NCBI GenBank assembly: GCA_035554435.1
Contig: DATMJC010000040.1
Coordinates: forward strand, 42,222 to 106,221
Direction of reading: 5' to 3'
Source of the DNA: Burkholderiales bacterium
GTDB taxonomy: Bacteria > Pseudomonadota > Gammaproteobacteria > Burkholderiales > SG8-39
DNA: 64,000 bases
Shown piece by piece: positions 1 to 8,813 of this stretch (position 1 is its first letter; the number at the start of each line of letters is the position of its first letter). A program made the position numbers and the translations under genes. The notes under the pieces are model-generated. The model worked only from the letters and a program-made list of their open reading frames with translations. It did not search any database and had not been told where the DNA came from.

Positions 1-501
1 AGGACCATCGGGCGAGAGGCTCGCGAACACAAAGCCGCGATAGTTGCCTACGCGCGCGGCGCGCTTCATGCTGCAGTCGGGATTGTCCTTGCCGTAGGGC
101 GTGCCGGCGTAGCCCGATTCCATCATCGGGATGCTTCTTAACCTGCCATCGTGGTGAAAGGTCCAGGCGTGGTAGGAGCAGCGGAAGAACTCGCCGCTCG
201 AGCCCTGGCGGTCGCCGACCATCATGTTGCCGCGGTGGGGACAGCGGTTGTACAGCACGTTCACCTTGCCGTCCGCGCCGCGGACCATCACCATCGGCTG
301 GCGGCCGATCTGGACGGCGTAGTAGTCGCCGGCCTTCGGCACCTGGCTTTCATGCCCGCAGTAGATCCAGACGCGCTCGTGGATGCGCTGCATCTCGAGC
401 TCGAAGATCGCGGGATCGGTGTAAACCTCGCGGCGGACTCGGTCCGGCTCTACGAACTCGGCTAGGCGGCGGGAAAGATCGGGAACGCGCTCTTGCAGCA
501 T
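1..501 (-). CDS. Rieske [2Fe-2S] ring-hydroxylating oxygenase alpha subunit, N-terminal part (gene runs off the left edge of the window)
   Basis: Not in the ORF track because there is no stop in the window. Reverse translation from ATG at 501-499 gives MLQERVPDLSRRLAEFVEPDRVRREVYTDPAIFELEMQRIHERVWIY...NRCPHRGNMMVGDRQGSSGEFFRCSYHAWTF, which carries the CxH...CxxH Rieske motif. The listed 151..465 + ORF is its mirror artefact. Confidence 0.8.
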   Translation of the reverse strand, partial: MLQERVPDLSRRLAEFVEPDRVRREVYTDPAIFELEMQRIHERVWIYCGHESQVPKAGDYYAVQIGRQPMVMVRGADGKVNVLYNRCPHRGNMMVGDRQGSSGEFFRCSYHAWTFHHDGRLRSIPMMESGYAGTPYGKDNPDCSMKRAARVGNYRGFVFASLSPDGP

Positions 502-548
502 GGCAGAAGCCTCGGGGCGGATGCGAACCCCGGGGATTCTACCAACGG

Positions 549-890
549 CTAATTCCTATGGATCGAGCGGCAGCGGGCGATGTCCTCGTCGGTCATCACC
601 GACTTGAACTGGCACTGGGCCTCGTAGGCGGCGCGGGCGCGCAGCACATCGCGCTCTTCTTTTTCCTTGGCGAGCTGCTTCTGGCGCTCCGCCTGCTCTT
701 GCTCGTACGCCTTGAGGACCGCCGCGCGCTTTGCCTCTTCTTCGGCCGCGCGCGCAAGCTTTTCCTCGGCTTCCTTCATCCGCGCCTGTGTCGCGGCGTC
801 GGGCGCCACCGACTTGGGCTGAGCGATAGCCGCGGTTGCGAACGCCAGGCCGAGGAGCATTGCGGCGGCGAGTTGTTTTTGTTTCAGCAT
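549..890 (-). CDS. small secreted protein, Lys/Glu/Ala-rich predicted coiled coil, two C-terminal Cys; family unknown
   Basis: N-terminus MLKQKQLAAAMLLGLAFATAAIAQP looks like a Sec signal peptide with an AIA cleavage site. The rest is charged heptad-like sequence. No family recognised. Confidence 0.45.
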   Translation of the reverse strand: MLKQKQLAAAMLLGLAFATAAIAQPKSVAPDAATQARMKEAEEKLARAAEEEAKRAAVLKAYEQEQAERQKQLAKEKEERDVLRARAAYEAQCQFKSVMTDEDIARCRSIHRN

Positions 891-991
891 TGGATCTTTC
901 CCCCTGGGGACGAGGGGCTTAACCTAACCCACCCCCCGGAAGAGGCCAATTGCATGCTTCACGCGCCCAAGCCAGCAGTGTGCACTTTGTC

Positions 992-1975
992 ATGAAAGTC
1001 ATCGACGTCCACACTCACATGCTGAACGACGCCTACCTCGCGGCCCTGAAGCGCCACGGCGGCGGCTACACGCTCGGCAAGGTCGTCGGCGGGCAGACCG
1101 GCGTGCTGAAGGACGGCGCGCCGTTCATGACCCTGATGCCCGGGATGTTCGACTACGAGCTGCGGCTGAAGGCGATGGACCAGGCGGGCGTCGACATCGC
1201 CATCGTCACGCTCACCAGCCCGAACGTGTTGTGGGGCTCGGCCGCGCAAAGCCTGGAGGCGGCGCGGCTGATGAACACCGACATGGCCGCCCAGCAGCAG
1301 CGGTTCCCGGAGCGCATCCGCTTCATGTGCTCGCTGCCGTGGCAGCACCCGAAGCCCGCGCTCGACGAGCTGAAGCGCGCCTGCGACGAGCTCGGCGCGG
1401 TCGGCGTGATGCAGCTCGCCAACGTCGACGGCTTGTCGCTCACCGACAAGCGGTTTGCACCGGTATGGAAGGAGATCGACCGCCGCGGCCTGCCGGTGCT
1501 CATTCACCCAAGCGCCCCGCCAGGGACCAAGTACCTCGACTTGATGAACTACAACCTGATCGCCTCGGTCGGCTTCATGTTCGACACTTCGCTCTCGGTG
1601 AGCCGCATGATCTTCGACGGCTTCCTCGAGCGCTATCCGAACCTGAAGATCATCGCCGCCCACGGCGGCGGCGCGCTGCCCTACCTCGCCGGGCGCCTCG
1701 ACATCTGCTTCGACACCATGCCGGCGTGCCGCGAGAGGATCTCCAAGCGGCCATCCTCGTACCTGAAGAAGATCTATTACGACAGCGTGGTGTTCCAGCA
1801 GGAGTCGCTCGAGCTCGCGATCAAGGTCGGCGGCGCCGACAAGGTGCTTTACGGCTCGGACTATCCGCACAACATCGGCGACATGAAAGGCTGCCTCGCG
1901 CGCGTCGACGCACTCCCGTCTGCTCAGCGCGACGCCGTGCGCGGCGGCAACGCGATGCGCATCTTCAGGCTCTAA
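992..1975 (+). CDS. amidohydrolase-2 family protein (ACMSD / LigW-like metal-dependent decarboxylase or hydratase)
   Basis: Start trimmed to MKVIDVHTHML (the HxH metal motif of amidohydrolase_2). Later motifs include AAHGGGALPY and GSDYPH. The ORF track start at 950 adds 14 atypical residues. Confidence 0.8.
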   Translation: MKVIDVHTHMLNDAYLAALKRHGGGYTLGKVVGGQTGVLKDGAPFMTLMPGMFDYELRLKAMDQAGVDIAIVTLTSPNVLWGSAAQSLEAARLMNTDMAAQQQRFPERIRFMCSLPWQHPKPALDELKRACDELGAVGVMQLANVDGLSLTDKRFAPVWKEIDRRGLPVLIHPSAPPGTKYLDLMNYNLIASVGFMFDTSLSVSRMIFDGFLERYPNLKIIAAHGGGALPYLAGRLDICFDTMPACRERISKRPSSYLKKIYYDSVVFQQESLELAIKVGGADKVLYGSDYPHNIGDMKGCLARVDALPSAQRDAVRGGNAMRIFRL

Positions 1976-1980
1976 CCTGA

Positions 1981-2412
1981 ATGGCTCGGTACGTCGCATT
2001 TCTTCGGGGCGTAAGCCCGATGAACGCAAAGATGGCCGAGCTGAGGCGCTGCTTCGAGGCGGCGGGAATCACGCATGTGAAAACGAGGCGGTTCGGGCGC
2101 GCCTTCCACACGGTCGTACGATCCAGTGAAGCGCTGCAGGGGATGCTGGACGCGGGCCCGTTCGCGGCGTTTCGGCTGTCGGCAAAGGCGAAGCGCGTCG
2201 TGACCTTCCAGCGCAAGACCCCTCGCCGCCGGCTGTCGTTGCCGATCGAGATGCACGGCGCGCGCATTCTCGCCGCGCGCGGCCGCGAAATCTTTACCGC
2301 CTATGTGCCCAGTGCACGCGGCGCGGCATTCATGGCGCTGATCGAGAAGACCTTCGGCAGGGAGGTCACTACGCGCACCTGGGAGACGGTGAAGAAATGC
2401 GCGGTGGCCTGA
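1981..2412 (+). CDS. DUF1697 family protein (short, divergent)
   Basis: N-terminus MARYVAFLRGV..MAELR and C-terminus TTRTWETVKK match the DUF1697 pattern (LLRGINVGG..MaeLr ... T.RNWnTv.k). The central SGN region is not recognisable and the product is shorter than usual. Confidence 0.5.
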   Translation: MARYVAFLRGVSPMNAKMAELRRCFEAAGITHVKTRRFGRAFHTVVRSSEALQGMLDAGPFAAFRLSAKAKRVVTFQRKTPRRRLSLPIEMHGARILAARGREIFTAYVPSARGAAFMALIEKTFGREVTTRTWETVKKCAVA

Positions 2413-3438
2413 TCAAGCGCTGAGCTTGGGTATCACCTCGCTCACGAAGAGCTCGAGAGAGCGCATCGCGTGCTCGGGAGCGAGGTCGCCGAAGGAGAAG
2501 ACGCACAGCAGGTAGTTGGCGCTCGTGACGCGCAACATGTCCTGCACCTTGTCGAGCACCGTGCGCGGCGAGCCGACGACCAGCGGCTGGGTGGAGTCGG
2601 GGGCGAAGGGCTCGGTCTTGTGCACATCGGGCCGGCCATGCCTGCGCGTGAGGTGGTGGATGTGACTCGCCCAGGTGGCATAGGCCTCGAGCCCCAGGCG
2701 CTCGGCTTCGGCGTCGGTCTCCGCGATTACCATGTGCTGGGTCTTCGCGAGGAACGGCTCGGCGACGTGCGCGTTGTGCCGGTCCGGATCGTCGCGGTGC
2801 TTTGCCCAAAGCTCGCGATAGCGGTCGAAGTGCGGCTTGCAGTCGGCGAGCTTGCCGAGGAACGCGGTGTGGTAGCCGTGGCGCGCCGTGAAATCGATCG
2901 ACTCGCGGTTCGAGCTCGGGAACCAGAGCGGCGGCCAGGGCTTCTGCACCGGCTTGTTGTAGAGCTCGACGTCTTGTCCGCGATAGTTGGCAAGATCTTG
3001 GGTGCAAAAGCGGAAAAACCAATCGAGTGCTTCCCGGTATTTCTCGCGCGACTCGTCGATGCTCTGCAGCCCGAAGATCTTCGATTCGATCGGCGAGACG
3101 CCGCGGCCGACGCCGAGCTCGAGGCGGCCGCCGGACATCTGGTCGAGCATGCAGATCTCGTTGTAGAGACGGTAGGGGTCGTACCACGGCAGGCAGAAGG
3201 TGAGGCCGCCCGCGCGCAGCTGCCGCGTGCGCTGGAACATCGCCGACAGCATGACGCTCGGCGAGCCGTCGATCGAGAGGGGCGTGCCCTGGTGCTCGGC
3301 GACCAGATAGGCGTGGAAGCCCGCGTTGTCGGCCGCCGCCGCGAGCTCGAGCTTGTGCCGATAGACCTCGCCCGGGCTGCGCCGCGAAGCCTCGATCCAG
3401 TCGAACAGGCCGAAGCGCAGCTTTTCGTTCAATTCCAC
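2413..3438 (-). CDS. LLM-class (luciferase-like) flavin-dependent monooxygenase/oxidoreductase
   Basis: This is the C-terminal 342 aa of the composite 2413..4515 ORF: (V)ELNEKLRFGLFDWIE...FHAYLVAEHQGTPLS...GGRLELGVGRG. The GTG start at 3438 overlaps the upstream stop (3429-3431) by 10 nt. Confidence 0.8.
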   Translation of the reverse strand: MELNEKLRFGLFDWIEASRRSPGEVYRHKLELAAAADNAGFHAYLVAEHQGTPLSIDGSPSVMLSAMFQRTRQLRAGGLTFCLPWYDPYRLYNEICMLDQMSGGRLELGVGRGVSPIESKIFGLQSIDESREKYREALDWFFRFCTQDLANYRGQDVELYNKPVQKPWPPLWFPSSNRESIDFTARHGYHTAFLGKLADCKPHFDRYRELWAKHRDDPDRHNAHVAEPFLAKTQHMVIAETDAEAERLGLEAYATWASHIHHLTRRHGRPDVHKTEPFAPDSTQPLVVGSPRTVLDKVQDMLRVTSANYLLCVFSFGDLAPEHAMRSLELFVSEVIPKLSA

Positions 3439-4574
3439 ACCTTGCGCGCGAGCTCGACCACGCGCTCGAGCTTCCTCTTCTGGTCGGCTTCGCTGACCAG
3501 GTTGCCGGCGACGTCGGAGCCGAACCCGCACTGCGGGCTGACGGCGAGGCTTTCGATCGGAATGTACTTCGTCGCCTCGTCGATTCTTCGCAGCAATTGA
3601 TCCAAAGGCTCCAGCGCGGGCACCTTGGTGCTGACGAGCCCCAGCACCACGATCTTGCCCTTGGGCACGAACCGGAGCGGCGCGAAGCTGCCGGCGCGCG
3701 GGCTGTCGTACTCGAGGAGGAAGCGCTGGTGCGGCAGCTCGTTGAACAGGCGCTCGGCGATGGCGTCGTAGCTGCCCTCGCGGTGCCACATGCTGCGCTG
3801 GTTGCCGCGGCAAAGATGGATGCCGAAGGTGACGCCAGGAAATCCCTCGACCACGCGCGCGTTGGCCCGAAGGGAGCGCGAGAAGCTCTGCTGCGGATCT
3901 TCGCCGCGCTTGCGCATTGCCTCGAGCGAAGGCTCGTCCACATAGGCGGTGTAGCCGGGCTCGTCGATGTGGACGTAGCGGCAACCCGCTTCGGCGAGCT
4001 GCCGGATCATGTGTCTTTGAATCGCCACCACATCTTCGGCGAAATCGTCCACGCTCGGGTATACCGCCCTCGAGTTGGCATGGTCGAAGCGCTGCAGCAC
4101 GCGGTCCGGTCCGATCAGCGAGACCTTGAGCGGCTTTTTCGCCAGCGGCAGGGCGCGCTCGAATTCTTCCAGCGGAACGTTTCTCTCGAGCTTCAGCCGG
4201 CGCGACACCGGGCGCCGGTGTACCACCGGCGTGCCCGCGCCGGCGACGTCGGGCATGTCGAAGCGCGCGAGCGGCGTGCCCGCGGCCGCGCGGCCCTCGT
4301 GCTGGGCGAGGCCCTCGGCTCCGCTCTCGTAGCCGGAGACGGCGAGACCGAAGCTGTCCTGGAAATTGAGCCGCCCGACCTCGCCGTCGGTCACGACGTC
4401 GAGACCGATGCTTTCCTGCAGCGCAAGATTCTCGCGCATGCACTCGAGCTCGATCCGCGCGAAATCCGTTCCCGACAGCGAGCCTTGCTCCATTCTGGCG
4501 CGGGCGGCTTTCCACGCCTGCGGCCGCAGCAGGCTGCCGACCACGTCGGTGCGGATGCGATCGAGCTCAGTCAT
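3429..4574 (-). CDS. cobalamin-independent methionine synthase II (MetE C-terminal / UROD-like) family protein
   Basis: MTELDRIRTDVVGSLLRP N-terminus. Zn-ligand-like motifs IHLCRGN and VSPQCGFG. The start at 4574 overlaps the upstream stop by 8 nt. Confidence 0.8.
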   Translation of the reverse strand: MTELDRIRTDVVGSLLRPQAWKAARARMEQGSLSGTDFARIELECMRENLALQESIGLDVVTDGEVGRLNFQDSFGLAVSGYESGAEGLAQHEGRAAAGTPLARFDMPDVAGAGTPVVHRRPVSRRLKLERNVPLEEFERALPLAKKPLKVSLIGPDRVLQRFDHANSRAVYPSVDDFAEDVVAIQRHMIRQLAEAGCRYVHIDEPGYTAYVDEPSLEAMRKRGEDPQQSFSRSLRANARVVEGFPGVTFGIHLCRGNQRSMWHREGSYDAIAERLFNELPHQRFLLEYDSPRAGSFAPLRFVPKGKIVVLGLVSTKVPALEPLDQLLRRIDEATKYIPIESLAVSPQCGFGSDVAGNLVSEADQKRKLERVVELARKVWN

Positions 4575-5496
4575 GCTTGACGCCGGCGCTTTTCGCCGCG
4601 GCACTGTAGCGCTCCAGATCCTCTTTCACGAAGCGCACATAGTCCTCGGTGCCGTTCTCCCTCAGCTCCATCGCCAGGTTTGCCATGCGCTCGGCGACGT
4701 CGCGCTCGCGCAGCGCCTTCGCCACCGCCGTCTGCAGCCGCGCCACTACTTCGCGCGGCGTTCCGGCCGGCGCTTGCAGTCCGATGACGGTCGCGATGTC
4801 GAAGCCGGGATATCCGAGCTCGGCGGCGGTGGGCACGTCGGGGAGCGTGCTGGAGCGCTGGGCAGTGCTGATCGCGTAAACCTTGAGCTTGCCCGCGCGA
4901 ATGTGGGCGAGCACGTTCGGAATCCCGGACCAGCCCGACTGCACCTCGCCCGAAAGGACGGCTGCGACGAGCGCAGTGCCGCCCTTATAAGGGACATGGA
5001 GCATGTCCAGGCCGGCGCGCGAAGCGAATACCGCCATGGTGAGGTGGTGCACCGAGCCGTTTCCTGCCGAGCCATAGCTGAATTTCCCAGGCTGACCCTT
5101 CGCGAGGAAAACGAAGTCCTGCAGGGAAGCGGCGGGCACGGAGGGGTTCGCAACCAGAACTGTCGGCACCGCGGCAAGCGCGGTGATCAGCGTGAAGTCC
5201 TTGAGCGGGTGATAAGGAACCTTGGGATTCAAGGCGACGTTGATCGCCATGGCGCCGGAGTCGCCCAGCATCAGCACGTAGCCGTCCGGCGCGGAGCGGG
5301 CGACGGCCTCCGCGGCGACCACGCCGCCGGCGCCGGGGACGTTTTCCACCACGAACGGGCGTCCGAAGCTCTCCGCGAGCTTCGCCGCCAGCATGCGCGC
5401 GAGCACGTCGGGATTGCCGCCCGGCGCCGCCGCGGCGATGAGGCGCACGGATTTGGCGGGGTAATCCTGCGCGCTCGCCGCCTGCGCAAGAAGCAA
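4567..5496 (-). CDS. Bug family tripartite tricarboxylate transporter substrate-binding protein (TctC-like)
   Basis: YPAKSVRLI..PGG..D..AR, GSAGNGSVHHL and VPYKGG motifs typical of Bug/TctC. The true start is probably upstream at 5523 (see finding), because the TTG at 5496 leaves no signal peptide. Confidence 0.85.
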   Translation of the reverse strand: MLLAQAASAQDYPAKSVRLIAAAAPGGNPDVLARMLAAKLAESFGRPFVVENVPGAGGVVAAEAVARSAPDGYVLMLGDSGAMAINVALNPKVPYHPLKDFTLITALAAVPTVLVANPSVPAASLQDFVFLAKGQPGKFSYGSAGNGSVHHLTMAVFASRAGLDMLHVPYKGGTALVAAVLSGEVQSGWSGIPNVLAHIRAGKLKVYAISTAQRSSTLPDVPTAAELGYPGFDIATVIGLQAPAGTPREVVARLQTAVAKALRERDVAERMANLAMELRENGTEDYVRFVKEDLERYSAAAKSAGVKHD

Positions 5497-5532
5497 AAGG
5501 ACGAAAGCGATGAGCTTGATGATCTTGGCCTC

Positions 5533-6249
5533 CTACACGCCCAGGTACCGATGCCAGAGGCCGCGGTCGGCGTCAAGCTCGGCCGAGGCTCCGTGCCAGG
5601 CGACGCGGCCGCGCTCGATGATGGTGTGGCGGTCGGCGAGCTTCACCAGGCGCTCGATGTACTTGTCGATGACGAGGATGGTCTGGCCCTCGCCGCGCAG
5701 CCGCTCGAGGCAGCGCCAGATCTCCTCGCGCACCAGCGGCGCCAGCCCTTCGGTCGCCTCGTCCAGGATCAGGAGGTGGGGATTGGTCACCAGCGCGCGG
5801 CCGATGGCGAGCATCTGCTGCTCGCCGCCGGAGAGCTGGTTTCCCATGTTGTCCTGCCTTTCATTCAGCCTGGGGAAGAGCTCCAGCACCCGCGCGGGGG
5901 TCCAGGGAGCGGGGCGGCCGCTGCGGTTCGCCGCGAAGGCGGCCAGGTTCTCGCGCACCGACAGGTTGGGAAAGATCTGACGGCCTTCCGGCACCAGCGC
6001 GATTCCCATGCGCGCGATGCGGTCCGGCGCGGCGCGCTCGATGCGCTCGCCGCGGAAGGAGATCGATCCAGCGCGCGTGCGGGTGAGGCCCATGATCGAG
6101 CGGATCGCGGTGGTCTTGCCCATGCCGTTGCGCCCGAGCAGCGACACCGCCTCGCCTTGGTTTACGCGCAGAGAGAATCCGAACAGGACCTGGCTCGCGC
6201 CGTACGCAGTCTCGAGCTCGCGCACCTCAAGCAGCAAGCTCGTCTCCAA
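5533..6249 (-). CDS. branched-chain-amino-acid-type (HAAT family) ABC transporter ATP-binding protein, LivF-like
   Basis: Walker A GRNGMGKTT, signature LSGGEQQML, Walker B LLILDEAT. Confidence 0.9.
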   Translation of the reverse strand: METSLLLEVRELETAYGASQVLFGFSLRVNQGEAVSLLGRNGMGKTTAIRSIMGLTRTRAGSISFRGERIERAAPDRIARMGIALVPEGRQIFPNLSVRENLAAFAANRSGRPAPWTPARVLELFPRLNERQDNMGNQLSGGEQQMLAIGRALVTNPHLLILDEATEGLAPLVREEIWRCLERLRGEGQTILVIDKYIERLVKLADRHTIIERGRVAWHGASAELDADRGLWHRYLGV

Positions 6250-6970
6250 GATAGGCGCGGCGCACGTCCTTGTCGGCGCGGATCTCGGCCGGTCTGCCGC
6301 TTGCGATGACCCGGCCGTTCACCAGCACGGTGATCCGGTCGGCGAGGCGGAAGACCGCGTCCATGTCGTGCTCGACCAGCAGCACCGTCACGCCGCCGCG
6401 GAGCCGGCCGATGAGCGCGATCATGCGCTGCGATTCCTCCGGGCCCATCCCGGCCATTGGCTCGTCAAGCAGCACGAGCCGCGGCTGCGTGGCGAGCGCA
6501 AGTCCGACTTCCAGCGCACGCTGTTCGCCGTGGGCCAAGGTGGAGGCGAGCGCTTCGACCTTCTCCGCAAGGCCGACGCGAGCGGCAAGGCCGCGGGCCT
6601 CGTCGAACAGCGCGCGTTCCGCGGCGACTGGACGCCAGAACGAGAAGCTCGAGCCGCGGCGCGCCTGCACCGCGAGCGCCAGGTTGTCGAGTACGCTGAA
6701 GCGCCTGAAGATGCTGGTGATCTGGTGGCTGCGGGCGAGACCCAGCCTCACCCGCTCGTACGGTTTCGCCTTCGTGATATCGCGTCCCTGGAAGCTGATC
6801 TGGCCTTCGTCGCTCGATACGCTGCCCGAAATCTGGCTGACCAGCGTGGTCTTGCCGGCGCCGTTGGGTCCGATCATCGCATGCACCTCGCCCGGCGCAA
6901 CGTCGAGGTTGACTCGATCCACCGCCACCACGCCACCGAAGCGCTTACTGAGGTTTCTTAGCGAAAGCAC
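6227..6970 (-). CDS. HAAT family ABC transporter ATP-binding protein, LivG-like
   Basis: Start trimmed to GTG giving (M)LSLRNLSKRFGGVVAV. Walker A GPNGAGKTT; LLDEPMAGM. It overlaps the permease stop upstream and the LivF-like start downstream. Confidence 0.9.
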   Translation of the reverse strand: MLSLRNLSKRFGGVVAVDRVNLDVAPGEVHAMIGPNGAGKTTLVSQISGSVSSDEGQISFQGRDITKAKPYERVRLGLARSHQITSIFRRFSVLDNLALAVQARRGSSFSFWRPVAAERALFDEARGLAARVGLAEKVEALASTLAHGEQRALEVGLALATQPRLVLLDEPMAGMGPEESQRMIALIGRLRGGVTVLLVEHDMDAVFRLADRITVLVNGRVIASGRPAEIRADKDVRRAYLGDELAA

Positions 6971-7883
6971 CGGCAATTCCTCGGGGCGCGAAAAGCACCA
7001 CCGCGAGCAGGATGGCGCCGACCGGCAGCTGCCAGTGCAAGGCAAAGGGGCCGAGCAGGGGACTTCCTGAGAACAACTCCTCCAGCAAGAGCAACACCGC
7101 GGCCCCGACCGGGCCGCCCCAGAAGCGGCCGACGCCGCCGAGGATCACCATCACCATCAGCGTGCCCGACTGCACCCAGTGGAGCAGCGCCGGACCGACG
7201 TAGCTGGTCTGGTTGGCGATCAGCGCGCCCGCCAGCCCGGCGATGGCGCCGGAAATGACGAAGCACACGAGCTTGTAGCGGTACACGGGGTAGCCTATCG
7301 CGGTGGCGCGTGTCTCGTTCTCGCGGATCGCCTCGATGACGCGTCCGAACCGCGCGTGCACCAGCCGATGCAGCAGATAGAGCACCGCCGCGAGCAGCGC
7401 GAGCACGAGGTAGTACCACACGAAGTCGTTCGACAGGCTGACGCCGAACCCGGGGGTCGAGCGCGCCGCCAGCGGCAGGCCGTCGTCGCCGCCGTAGGCC
7501 TTCATCGATATGAAGATGTAGTACATCATTTGCGCGAACGCCAGGGTGATCATGATGAAGTACACGCCGCGCGTGCGCAGCGATATCGCCCCGATGACGA
7601 GCGCGGCGAGCGCCGCGACCGCGATCGCGGCGGGCCAGACGAGCCACACGCTGGTGACGCCCTCGACCGCGAGGATGCCGACGATGTACGCACCGGCGCC
7701 GAAGAATGCGGCATGGCCGAAGCTCACCATTCCGCCGTAGCCGAGCACCAGGTTCAGGCTCGCCGCGGCCATCGCGTAGATCAGGATGCGGGTGGCGAAG
7801 CTGATGTAGAAGCCCTGGTCGATGGCCTGCATCGCCAGCGGAAACAGGCAGACGAGGACCGCGATGGCGACGAGCTTCTTCAT
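6945..7883 (-). CDS. HAAT family ABC transporter permease, LivM-like
   Basis: Real gene is MKKLVAIAVLVCLFPLAMQ... (313 aa) within the composite 6945..8333 ORF. ATGA overlap with the upstream permease at 7880-7883. Confidence 0.85.
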   Translation of the reverse strand: MKKLVAIAVLVCLFPLAMQAIDQGFYISFATRILIYAMAAASLNLVLGYGGMVSFGHAAFFGAGAYIVGILAVEGVTSVWLVWPAAIAVAALAALVIGAISLRTRGVYFIMITLAFAQMMYYIFISMKAYGGDDGLPLAARSTPGFGVSLSNDFVWYYLVLALLAAVLYLLHRLVHARFGRVIEAIRENETRATAIGYPVYRYKLVCFVISGAIAGLAGALIANQTSYVGPALLHWVQSGTLMVMVILGGVGRFWGGPVGAAVLLLLEELFSGSPLLGPFALHWQLPVGAILLAVVLFAPRGIAGAFAKKPQ

Positions 7884-8746
7884 CCTCGCGCCGGAAACAG
7901 GCCCTGCGGGCGGAAGAACAGCACCGCGGCCATGAGCACGTAGATCAGGATCGAGGAGAGCGATGGCCCGAGGTTGGACGCTGCCTGCGGCGAGAACATC
8001 TTCGCGAATGCGATCGGCAGCAACGCGCGCCCCATGGTGTCGACCGCGCCGACCAGAAGCGCGCCGACGAACGCACCGCGGATCGAGCCGATGCCGCCGA
8101 TGACGATGACGACGAAGGCGAGGATCAGGATGTTCTCGCCCATGCCGACCTGCACCGCGAGGATCGGCCCGAGCATGGCGCCGGCAAGCGCGCACAGGGC
8201 CGCGCCCAGGGCGAACACCGCAGTGAAAAGACTGCGGATGTTCACTCCCATGGCGAGCGCCATCTCGCGGTTCGAGGCGCCGGCGCGCACCAGCATTCCG
8301 ATCTTCGTCTTGGTGACCAGGACGTAAAGGCAAATGGCGACGGCGACGCCCACGCCGATGATCGCCAGCCTGTAGGACGCATACTGCACGCCACCCGGAA
8401 GCCGGACCGGGCCGGTCAGCGCGGCGGGCGCATTCAGCATCAGCGACTGCGCGCCCCAGACGATGCGCACCGCCTCATTGGCGATCATGATCACCGCGAA
8501 CGTGGCGAGCACCTGTGTGAGGTGGTCTCGCTCATAGAGGTTTCTCAACAGAACGACTTCCAGGACGGCGCCGACCAGGGCCGTGGCGATGAGCGCGAGC
8601 GGCAGGGCGGCCCAGAACGAGCCGGTGGCCTGCGCAAGCGTCGCCATCAGATACGCGCCGATCATGTAGAGCGAGCCGTGCGCCAGGTTGATCATGTCCA
8701 TGATGCCGAACACGAGCGTCAATCCGGCAGCGAGCAGGAACAGCAT
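7880..8746 (-). CDS. HAAT family ABC transporter permease, LivH-like (N-terminus probably extends to 8800)
   Basis: GLTLVFGIMDMINLAHGSLYMIGAY is the conserved LivH block. The family-typical N-terminal helix (FFEQGLNSLQFG) lies upstream of the ATG, with only CTG codons available. Confidence 0.85.
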   Translation of the reverse strand: MLFLLAAGLTLVFGIMDMINLAHGSLYMIGAYLMATLAQATGSFWAALPLALIATALVGAVLEVVLLRNLYERDHLTQVLATFAVIMIANEAVRIVWGAQSLMLNAPAALTGPVRLPGGVQYASYRLAIIGVGVAVAICLYVLVTKTKIGMLVRAGASNREMALAMGVNIRSLFTAVFALGAALCALAGAMLGPILAVQVGMGENILILAFVVIVIGGIGSIRGAFVGALLVGAVDTMGRALLPIAFAKMFSPQAASNLGPSLSSILIYVLMAAVLFFRPQGLFPARG

Positions 8747-8813
8747 CAGCCCGAACTGCAGGCTGTTCAGTCCCTGCTCGAAAAATAGGGTCGGGGTCAG
8801 AGCCCGATCCCCG

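Noticed and set aside
502-548. Weak hairpin (CGGGG...CCCCG) downstream of the small secreted-protein gene as a terminator
   Set aside because: The stem is only 5 bp with a long loop and there is no U tract.
959-2029. 356-aa minus-strand ORF opposite the amidohydrolase gene; similar long mirror or alternate-frame ORFs at 2369..3943, 4366..6309, 16352..17833, 16663..18042, 19755..22556, 22285..23976, 44628..45875, 53553..55460, 55764..56933 and 60261..61511
   Set aside because: The products are Arg/Ala/Gly/Pro-rich low-complexity strings with no motifs. Each lies opposite or out of frame to a gene with clear family signatures. They are typical shadow ORFs of GC-rich DNA, where stop codons are rare.
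1981-2412. The DUF1697 gene as a frameshifted pseudogene
   Set aside because: The central region is atypical and the product is short. But the frame is intact from start to stop and both termini match the family. The evidence is insufficient to call decay without an alignment.
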